Shown: in pieces, positions 1 through 6,959 of the stretch
Position numbering within the stretch: position 1 is the stretch's first letter
How the letters are laid out: each line of letters begins with the position of its first letter
Assembly (NCBI GenBank): GCA_046583355.1
Contig: JAYGCM010000049.1
Coordinates: 1 to 21,867, forward strand
Origin: Deltaproteobacteria bacterium
GTDB lineage: Bacteria; Desulfobacterota; Binatia; UBA12015
Direction: 5' to 3'
Length of the DNA: 21,867 bases
Program-made: the position numbers and the translations under genes
Notes under the pieces: generated by a model
What the model was told of the DNA's origin: nothing
Databases searched by the model: none
Seen by the model: only the letters and a program-made list of their open reading frames with translations

Positions 1-50
1 GTCGCTGCATCAAAACAGGGCATGAGTGCGACAATCCGTAGATCACTCAC
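1..50 (-). CDS. 5' fragment of a probable family 2 glycosyltransferase (runs off the left edge)
   Basis: GTG at 50-48 overlaps the upstream TGA (GTGA coupling) and follows a purine-rich GAGGAG...AAAGG stretch. It translates as MSDLRIVALMPCFDAA, matching the GT2 first strand pattern (I-x-x-I-P-x-Y-N-x-A). Only 16 codons are visible. Not in the ORF track. Confidence 0.5.
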   Translation of the reverse strand, partial: MSDLRIVALMPCFDAA

Positions 51-826
51 GCGCCTTTCGTCTCCTCAAGTCGCTTGAGAATGAGCGCGCGCACACGATC
101 ACGCAGCGACTCGCGATCTTCGTAGGAGAGGCCCTTGGTCGGCACGGGCCGCAATACCTCCAGCACGATCCGTCCGGGCCGGATCGAAAGGTGATCGTCA
201 CGCGGCATCACTTCATCACTGCCAGAAATTGCGATCGGCACGATTGGCCGGCCGGTCTGAATCGCCAGGGTAAATGGACCCTTCTTGAACGGCCCCATGC
301 CGCCCCCGGCCGGCGAGCGCGTCGCTTCGGGGAACATCACAAGGGAGAATGCCTGCTCGCCTTTTGCCGCCAAGTGGTTCAGCCGCTCGATGGATTCGGC
401 CGGGTCGTAGCGGTGGATCGGCACCATGCCGAGCACTTTCATGGCGGTACCGAGTACCGGCTCGTGAAAGAGTTCCTCCTTCGCCGCAAAGCGGTTGTGT
501 CCGGGTAGGTGCCCGAGCAGCGCGGCAATATCAAAATGGCTGGCATAGTTCGGCGTGATGATGGCCGGTTCGTCGGGCAGATTACCGACGCCGCGCAGGT
601 CCACCTCGACGCCAGTGGCCAGGCCCACGTTACGCGCGGCCGATTTGGCAGCTTCCCAGGCCAGGTCGCGATTCACGAAATGAAGTGCCGTCACCAGCGC
701 ACCCGCGCCGAAGATAAAGCCGCGGAGAATGCCGCGGTTCAAGAAGAGGCGCAGAGCTGCCGCCTCGGTTGCGCCGAAGCCGGTGATTTCTTCATCTGCA
801 TCCACTCTTTGCCCAGCCTCATTCAC
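47..826 (-). CDS. 1-acyl-sn-glycerol-3-phosphate acyltransferase (PlsC/LPLAT family), catalytic motif altered
   Basis: LPLAT blocks are present: P-N-Y-A-S-H-F-D (normally NHxSxxD), FAAKEELF, MFPEATRS, FKKGPF..A...GRPIVPIAI. Start placed at GTG 826 after AGGGAAAA; the ORF track extends it to TTG 967. Confidence 0.8.
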   Translation of the reverse strand: MNEAGQRVDADEEITGFGATEAAALRLFLNRGILRGFIFGAGALVTALHFVNRDLAWEAAKSAARNVGLATGVEVDLRGVGNLPDEPAIITPNYASHFDIAALLGHLPGHNRFAAKEELFHEPVLGTAMKVLGMVPIHRYDPAESIERLNHLAAKGEQAFSLVMFPEATRSPAGGGMGPFKKGPFTLAIQTGRPIVPIAISGSDEVMPRDDHLSIRPGRIVLEVLRPVPTKGLSYEDRESLRDRVRALILKRLEETKGA

Positions 827-849
827 TTCATTTTCCCTAGAGGTCCGGC

Positions 850-970
850 CGGAAAGCGCAACGACTTCTCCGCGCTTGAGCGCACGGAGCATCTCAAGCG
901 AAGCAAAGGGTGAGTTGCCGGAATGGATGATCTTGAGGCCGTGGCACGCGCCCCGCTCTCTCCGCAAAGA
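850..970 (-). pseudogene. Probable internal remnant of an LpxL/PatA-like acyltransferase
   Basis: Translates as LRRERGACHGLKIIHSGNSPFASLEMLRALKRGEVVAL, which resembles the 'G..II....L..L..G..VA(L/M)xxD' segment of lipid A/PIM acyltransferases. It stops just before the conserved Asp and has no room for the rest of the gene. Confidence 0.5.
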
Positions 971-983
971 AAGGGCCGGACCG

Positions 984-2324
984 TCAACCCGCGATCAGAG
1001 TGCGGGAGGTGGCTTTGGCGATGCGTACGCGTTTGAGGTCGCCCGGGACGAGGCCCGCGCCGTCGAGCACCGTGGTCTTGAAGTCGGCGGTTTTCCCGAA
1101 CACCCAGCCCTCCGGACGCTTGGCCGGACCTTCGACCAGAACCTCGACCTCGGAGCCCACGCAAGCGCCATAAACCTCGGCCGAAATTTCTTGCTGGCGA
1201 TCGATCAGCAGGCTCAGGCGGCGGCCTTTTTCCTCTTCGCTCATGGTGTCGCCAAGCGCCCAGGCCTTGGTGCCTTCGCGCGGAGAGTATTTGAAGAGAA
1301 ACGCGAAATCATAGCGTGCCTCATCCAGGAATGCGGCCGTGCGCGCGAAATCTTCATCCGACTCGCCCGGAAAGCCGACAATCACATCCGTCGAAATCGC
1401 AATGCCCGGAATGCGACGCCGGATATCAGCGAGCAACGTGCGGTATTCGTCGATCGTATAGTCCCGACGCATCGCCGCCAGAACCGGGTCCGAAGCGGAT
1501 TGCAGCGGCAGGTGAAGGTAGGGCATCACCTTCGCTTCGCCCGCCATTGCGTCCAACATCGATTCCGAGACGTTGGATGGATGCGGCGAGGTAAAGCGAA
1601 TTCGCTCCAGACCTTCGACCGCAGCCGTGCGCCGCAACAACTCACCGAAGTCGACGCCATCTTCGTTGTAGGCGTTTACCGTCTGGCCCAGAAAAACGAC
1701 TTCCTTCTTGCCGCCTGCCACCGCGGCCTCGACCTGGGCGACGACTGCGTCTGCGGGCAGGCTGCGCTCGCGACCGCGCGTAAAAGGAACCACGCAGAAA
1801 GTGCAAAATTTGTCGCAGCCACGCATAACGCTCAGCCAGGCCCGCGGGCCCGGCCCATGGTCCGGCATCAGGTCGGCGTAAGTCTCTTCGCGGTCAAGAC
1901 GAACCTCGACCAGCGGATCACCGCCAGCAGCGAGAATCTCGGGCAAGTTGCGATACCCGTCGGGACCGACCACGAGGTCGAGGTAGGGAGCCCGGTCAAG
2001 CAGCCGCTCACGCTGATGCGAGGCCATGCAGCCCAGCAACCCGAGTTGCACCGAAGGCCGTGCCGACTTGTAACGCAGAAGTTCGCTGAGACGGCCGAGC
2101 ACCCGCTCCTCGGCATGCTCGCGGATGGCGCAGGTATTGAGCAGAATCACGTCGGCGTCGGCCGGGTCGGTCGTCTTCTCATAGCCGTGCCGCCGCAAGA
2201 CACCGCCGACCAGCTCCGAGTCCGCCAAATTCATCTGGCAACCGTAGGTCTCCATGAAAACCCGCCGCGCCCGCGGCAAATTCTCCTTGGAGGCCTCCAC
2301 AGCCCTGCTTTCCGAATCCGCCAT
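984..2324 (-). CDS. miaB: tRNA-2-methylthio-N6-dimethylallyladenosine synthase (radical SAM methylthiotransferase)
   Basis: ETYGCQMNLADSE, LNTCAIREHAE, GCMA, radical SAM motif CDKFCTFCVVPFTRGRERS, RIRFTSPHP, HLPLQS, DVIVGFPGE, YSPREGT, and a C-terminal TRAM-like region. Confidence 0.96.
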   Translation of the reverse strand: MADSESRAVEASKENLPRARRVFMETYGCQMNLADSELVGGVLRRHGYEKTTDPADADVILLNTCAIREHAEERVLGRLSELLRYKSARPSVQLGLLGCMASHQRERLLDRAPYLDLVVGPDGYRNLPEILAAGGDPLVEVRLDREETYADLMPDHGPGPRAWLSVMRGCDKFCTFCVVPFTRGRERSLPADAVVAQVEAAVAGGKKEVVFLGQTVNAYNEDGVDFGELLRRTAAVEGLERIRFTSPHPSNVSESMLDAMAGEAKVMPYLHLPLQSASDPVLAAMRRDYTIDEYRTLLADIRRRIPGIAISTDVIVGFPGESDEDFARTAAFLDEARYDFAFLFKYSPREGTKAWALGDTMSEEEKGRRLSLLIDRQQEISAEVYGACVGSEVEVLVEGPAKRPEGWVFGKTADFKTTVLDGAGLVPGDLKRVRIAKATSRTLIAG

Positions 2325-2416
2325 TATCCGCCCATCCTAACGATCCCGCCGCGAATTCTCACGACCACGCACGTGACCTTCGCCGGACAAGGGGACAAGT
2401 TTCGGTACACGTCCCC

Positions 2417-3151
2417 TCAAGGGGACAGGAGTGAGCTACGGAGGATGCGCTCCAGGTCGCCGCGTTTTTTGAGCCAGCGGATGACTTTGTGGTCGCCTTG
2501 GGCGTAGGCGTGCAGGAAGACGTCCTCGATGTGGGCGACGCGCATGGCGTGGGCGACGTCGAGGGGCTCGCGGTGGCAATAGTGGATGTGGAAGGTCGTG
2601 CCGGGCTGGCGGGCTTCGAGGGTGGGTACGAGGTCCTCGAAGGGGCGGTTTTGTGGCGGCGAGGAGTGGATATGGGCGATATCTTTTTTCCAGCGCTTGT
2701 CACCGAGCCGGAAGCGGTGCCATTTGCCGACTGTGGTCTGCGGCGAGAAGGCGTGGACTTCGTCGAAGCCCAGGCGGGCGCCGAAATGAATCGCCGCAAA
2801 AGCACCCGCCGAGGCGCCCACAGCCACCACGCGTGACGGTCCGATGCGCTCGATATGCTCGGCCAATGCCCGTTCGACCGAAGCGAGGTCGTCGCCCGAC
2901 TCCGGTAGGCCGCGAAAATACCAGGCTCGATGCGGGTCGCGCAGGAACATGCCTTTGGCATCGAGCGAGCGCGCAAACTTGGCGAATTCATAGACCGGCA
3001 CGGCGACCGAGCCGAAAAGCCCGCCGAAAGCGATCAGCAGGGCATTCGAGGGCGAGTCTTCCTGCAACAGAATGGCTGTGCCGTCATCGGCAAATGGGTC
3101 CAACTCATCGGCTGCGGGCAACGCGGCTTTCCTATCGGAGGTATCGGACAT
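2417..3151 (-). CDS. Putative alpha/beta-hydrolase fold protein
   Basis: Nucleophile elbow VAVGASAGAFAA, followed by AFSPQT, with candidate Asp (PLDVAHA) and His (GDHKVI). ATG follows GAGGCGGGG. Confidence 0.65.
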   Translation of the reverse strand: MSDTSDRKAALPAADELDPFADDGTAILLQEDSPSNALLIAFGGLFGSVAVPVYEFAKFARSLDAKGMFLRDPHRAWYFRGLPESGDDLASVERALAEHIERIGPSRVVAVGASAGAFAAIHFGARLGFDEVHAFSPQTTVGKWHRFRLGDKRWKKDIAHIHSSPPQNRPFEDLVPTLEARQPGTTFHIHYCHREPLDVAHAMRVAHIEDVFLHAYAQGDHKVIRWLKKRGDLERILRSSLLSP

Positions 3152-3251
3152 CGGCCCCGCCTCTCTAGCATGGATCTCCCCTGCCCGGCTCCCCTCGCGC
3201 CAACCAGCAGCGGATCTGGCCGGGAATGGTGCGGACGGCTAGGGATTGCGT

Positions 3252-3788
3252 GTGGGCCACCGCCATCACGAAAGGCCGGGCGCCAATCCGGTGGCCGAGC
3301 ATAAGGCTTCCGCCAAGGCTGGCGTGCGCTGCCTGGTCGTCACGATCAGCGATACGCGCACGCTTGCGACCGATAAAAGCGGTGCGCGGGCCGCCGAATT
3401 GCTGACCGCTGCCGGCCATGGGGTGACTGCCCGACAGATCATCCCCGACGAGCCCGACCAGATCCGCGCACTTTTGCAGGCCGGCATAGACAACCCAGAG
3501 GTCGATGCCATCATCACCAGCGGCGGCACCGGCTTGGCGCCGCGCGACGTGACCACCGAGGTCGTAGACGCGCTCCTTACCCGCCGCCTCGACGGCTTCG
3601 GTGAACTCTTTCGCATGCTCTCGTTTGAAGAAATCGGCTCGGCCGCGATGCTCTCCCGCGCGGTCGGCGGCCTGGCGGGCTCGACAATGATCTTCGCCCT
3701 GCCCGGCTCGACCAAGGCCGTCGAGCTTGGCATCCGCCGGCTCATTGCACCTGAGCTCAGTCACATTTTAGGATTGATTAGCGCATGA
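3252..3788 (+). CDS. moaB: Molybdopterin adenylyltransferase, MoaB/Mog family
   Basis: VVTISDTR...DKSG, IIPDE, ITSGGTGLAPRDVT, LDGFGELFRMLSF, SRAVGG, FALPGS. Start uncertain (TTG 3246, GTG 3252 or GTG 3291). Confidence 0.9.
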   Translation: MGHRHHERPGANPVAEHKASAKAGVRCLVVTISDTRTLATDKSGARAAELLTAAGHGVTARQIIPDEPDQIRALLQAGIDNPEVDAIITSGGTGLAPRDVTTEVVDALLTRRLDGFGELFRMLSFEEIGSAAMLSRAVGGLAGSTMIFALPGSTKAVELGIRRLIAPELSHILGLISA

Positions 3789-4048
3789 AGATCCATATCC
3801 GTCTCTTCGCCTCGTTGCGCGAACGCCTCGGCCACGCCGAACTCGACCGCGAAATTCCGGCCGGAGCCAACGTCGGCGACCTGCTTGCGGCCCTCAAGAT
3901 CGAATTCCCGGCATTGGCGGGCTGCGGCCGCGTTGCCTACGCCGTCAACTCCGAATATACCGACGCCGATCAAGCGCTTGCCGATGGCGACGAGCTCGCC
4001 CTCATCCCGCCCGTCTCGGGTGGCTGCGACAAATCCACGATCTCCTGA
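3785..4048 (+). CDS. moaD: Molybdopterin synthase sulfur carrier subunit (MoaD/ThiS family) with a 7-residue extension after GG
   Basis: IRLFASLRERLG, AVNSEY, DGDELALIPPVSGG, then CDKSTIS-stop. ATGA overlap with moaB. Confidence 0.9.
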   Translation: MKIHIRLFASLRERLGHAELDREIPAGANVGDLLAALKIEFPALAGCGRVAYAVNSEYTDADQALADGDELALIPPVSGGCDKSTIS

Positions 4049-4058
4049 CGGAACCAAT

Positions 4059-4526
4059 ATGCTTGCCCTCACCAAAGAACCTATTCTCATCGACGACCTT
4101 CTCGCAGCCGTCGCCGACCCCAAGGCCGGCGCCACCGTCCTCTTTCTCGGCACCACGCGAAACCATAATGAAGGCCGCTACGTCCAGGAACTCGAATACG
4201 AGGCCTATGCCGGCATGGCCGAGAAAGAACTCGAGCGAATTCTGGAAGAAACGCGCAAGCGCTGGGATGTCGCTCGGATTGCCGTCGTACACCGTATCGG
4301 CGTCGTGCCGATCGGCGGGGCCAGTGTGGTGATTGCCGTCTCGGCGGCGCATCGCGGCCCGGCCTTTGATGCCGCCCGCTATACCATCGACCGCCTCAAG
4401 GAAGTCGTGCCGATCTGGAAGAAAGAACATTTTACCGGCGGCGCTGTCTGGATCGGCGACCAGGCCGGCAAATTGGGCGCTTGGCAAAATACGGAGCCCG
4501 AGAAGAACTCCGGCGGCGAAGGCTGA
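4059..4526 (+). CDS. moaE: Molybdopterin synthase catalytic subunit
   Basis: GATVLFLGTTRNHN, LEYEAY, VHRIG, VSAAHRGPAF, IDRLKEVVPIWKKE. ATG at 4059 lies within ORF 3885..4526. Confidence 0.93.
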   Translation: MLALTKEPILIDDLLAAVADPKAGATVLFLGTTRNHNEGRYVQELEYEAYAGMAEKELERILEETRKRWDVARIAVVHRIGVVPIGGASVVIAVSAAHRGPAFDAARYTIDRLKEVVPIWKKEHFTGGAVWIGDQAGKLGAWQNTEPEKNSGGEG

Positions 4527-4554
4527 GCGCGCCGCTACCACCGAAAGTGTGACC

Positions 4555-6942
4555 ATGCGCGCCAGCGACCTGGAGACCCTCGAACTCGCGAGCCTGCTGA
4601 GCGCGCTCGCCGGCCATGCCGCCTCCACAGCCGGTGCGGCGGGCTGCCGCGACCTGCAAGCGCGCAAGACGCGCTCGGCCGTGACAGAGGAACTCGCCCG
4701 CGTAGCCGACGCCCGCGAAATCACCGAGAACGAACGCGCGCCGCTCGGCTCCTTCCCCGATATCCGGCCCTTGCTCGGGCCTGCTCGCACGCCAGGCATC
4801 ATCATCGAGGCAACGGATTGTCTCGAAGTCGCCGCACTCCTGGAGATGACCCGCATTCTGCGCGTCTGGTTGCGCACCCGCGCCGCACAAAAAAAGCGCC
4901 TGCTCGCCTCGGCCGATCGACTCGACCCGCTACCCGAACTCAGCGAGCTTCTGCACCGCTGCCTCAACCCCGATGGCGGCCTGAACGATGATGCAAGCCC
5001 GGAGCTGCGTGCGATCCGTCGCCGCCTGCGCTCCTTGCGTGCCAATATCGAGTCGCGCCTGAGTCGTCTCTTCTCGCGCAGCGGTGCCGAGAAGACCTTC
5101 GCCGATACCTACGTCACCTTGCGCAACGGCCGCTTCGTCGTGCCCATTCGTGCCGGAGCGGCCGGGGCCCTGCCCGGAATCGTGCAGGACCGCTCAGCAT
5201 CCGGCGAGACACTTTTTGTCGAGCCGCTCACGGCGGTCGAAGACAATAACGGGCTGCTACTCGCGGCGCGCGAGGAGTTGGAAGAAGAGGCGCGCATTCT
5301 CGCCCAACTCACGGCGACCATCGGTGCCCATGCCGATACGCTCGAGCAGAATATGGCGACGTTGGTCGACCTCGACACGCTGCTGGCGCGTGTCGCCTTT
5401 GCGCGCCAGCACGATGCGATCTGCCCAACCATCACCGACGCCGCGATCCATCTGCCCCGCGCCCGCCACCCGCTGCTCGAGTTGACCGGTCGCAAGGTCA
5501 CGCCCATCGAGATCGAATTGGCAGAAGATACACGCCTGCTGGTTGTCACCGGCCCCAATACCGGGGGTAAAAGTGTGGCGCTCAAAACCCTGGGCCTCGC
5601 GGCCCTGATGGTGCAATGCGGGATTCCGATCCTCGCCGATGCGAGCGCAAGGCTGCCCGTCTTCGACAATATCTTCACCGATATCGGCGACCGCCAGGAT
5701 GTCGCCGATGACCTCTCGACCTTCTCAGGCCATGTCGTGAATCTGGGCGAGATCCTGGCCGAGGCGACCGGGAATTCGCTCATTCTGCTTGACGAGCCCG
5801 GTACCGGCACCGACCCGCAGGACGGCGCCGCCCTGGCCCGTGTCCTGCTCGACGAGTTGGCCGGACGCGGCGCCCATGTGCTGGCGACCACGCATTTCCA
5901 ATCCGTCAAAGTCGCCGCTCTCTCGCGGCCCTATGCGCGCGTCACCGCGGTCGACTTCGACCCGGATACCTTCGCACCGCGCTATGCATTGCTCTACGAT
6001 AGTGTCGGCCCCAGCCTCGGCCTGCATATGGCGCGACGCCTCGGCCTGCCGGCGGCGCTGATGGACCGCGCAGAGGCCGAACGCGAGGGCGGCGGTGACG
6101 ACTTGGGAGCGGCCATTGCCGAATTGGAAGACCAACGCCAACGTCTGGCAGAAGCAGAAGAAAAAACGACTACCGAGCGGGTCGGCCTGGCCGCTGCCCG
6201 CGGCGAACAGGATCGGCTTCTGGAAGAGCTGCGCGAGAAGAAGCAGCGCAAATGGTCCGAAGAGCTCGGCGCCGCACGCCGTTTCGCCGAAGAACTACGG
6301 CGCGAAGGGCGCCGCCTGCTGGCCGAGGCCAGACGCCAGCCCAAAGAGCAGGCAAGCGCGCTTGTCGACCTCGCCCGCAAGCAGCGCCGCACCATCGGCG
6401 AAGAGCTGCGCCGCCAGGGCGACCAGGAAAGCGACCCAGAAAGCACAACACGAACCGCGAAAATCGGCGACCAAGTCGAAGTCGTTGGCAGCGGCCTGGT
6501 CGGCGAATTGGTCGGCATCGGCGGCGAGCGGGCGCAGGTCATACGCGGCAAAGTGCGCTTCGATGTAGCGCTTGACCAGCTGAAGCCTCTCGATGAAAAA
6601 CCCGCCGCGAGCGCCCGCCGCAAAATACCAAGCGCGGGCTATCGCGTGCAACGTGCCTCCGGGCGCGAGGCGCCGAGCGAGGACGAGCAAACGTTCTCGC
6701 TGGTCGAACTGAACCTGATCGGTGAACGTGTCCGCCCGGCATTGGAGCGTCTTGAGAAATTCCTCGACGGCCAGGTCATGGAATCCTGGGAACGCGTACG
6801 TATCGTGCATGGCCACGGCACGGGCGCCTTACGTCAAGCAGTGCGTGAATTCCTTACGCTCTCACCGCACGTCGAGCGAATCGAAGAAGCGCCACGCAAC
6901 CAAGGCGGCACCGGCGCCACCATCGCCTTCCTGCTCCGCTAG
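4555..6942 (+). CDS. mutS2: MutS2 family ATPase with C-terminal Smr domain
   Basis: SASGETLFVEP, ARHPLL, Walker A TGPNTGGKS, STFSGH, Walker B LLDEPGTGTDP, TTH, coiled coil, KOW-like IGDQVEV, Smr IVHGHGTGALR...GGTGAT. Start at ATG 4555. Confidence 0.95.
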   Translation: MRASDLETLELASLLSALAGHAASTAGAAGCRDLQARKTRSAVTEELARVADAREITENERAPLGSFPDIRPLLGPARTPGIIIEATDCLEVAALLEMTRILRVWLRTRAAQKKRLLASADRLDPLPELSELLHRCLNPDGGLNDDASPELRAIRRRLRSLRANIESRLSRLFSRSGAEKTFADTYVTLRNGRFVVPIRAGAAGALPGIVQDRSASGETLFVEPLTAVEDNNGLLLAAREELEEEARILAQLTATIGAHADTLEQNMATLVDLDTLLARVAFARQHDAICPTITDAAIHLPRARHPLLELTGRKVTPIEIELAEDTRLLVVTGPNTGGKSVALKTLGLAALMVQCGIPILADASARLPVFDNIFTDIGDRQDVADDLSTFSGHVVNLGEILAEATGNSLILLDEPGTGTDPQDGAALARVLLDELAGRGAHVLATTHFQSVKVAALSRPYARVTAVDFDPDTFAPRYALLYDSVGPSLGLHMARRLGLPAALMDRAEAEREGGGDDLGAAIAELEDQRQRLAEAEEKTTTERVGLAAARGEQDRLLEELREKKQRKWSEELGAARRFAEELRREGRRLLAEARRQPKEQASALVDLARKQRRTIGEELRRQGDQESDPESTTRTAKIGDQVEVVGSGLVGELVGIGGERAQVIRGKVRFDVALDQLKPLDEKPAASARRKIPSAGYRVQRASGREAPSEDEQTFSLVELNLIGERVRPALERLEKFLDGQVMESWERVRIVHGHGTGALRQAVREFLTLSPHVERIEEAPRNQGGTGATIAFLLR

Positions 6943-6959
6943 ATTTGCAACGGGTGCCT

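Noticed and set aside
729..2507. 592-aa plus-strand ORF
   Set aside because: Antisense shadow of miaB and its neighbours with no recognisable motifs; long shadow ORFs are expected in high-GC DNA.
4333..4554. ORF-track N-terminal extensions of mutS2 (and likewise of moaE, uvrD and the lipoprotein)
   Set aside because: They overlap upstream genes or lack family similarity, so downstream starts were chosen.
3252..6942. Functional link between moaBDE and mutS2
   Set aside because: Only adjacency supports it; mixed housekeeping operons are common.
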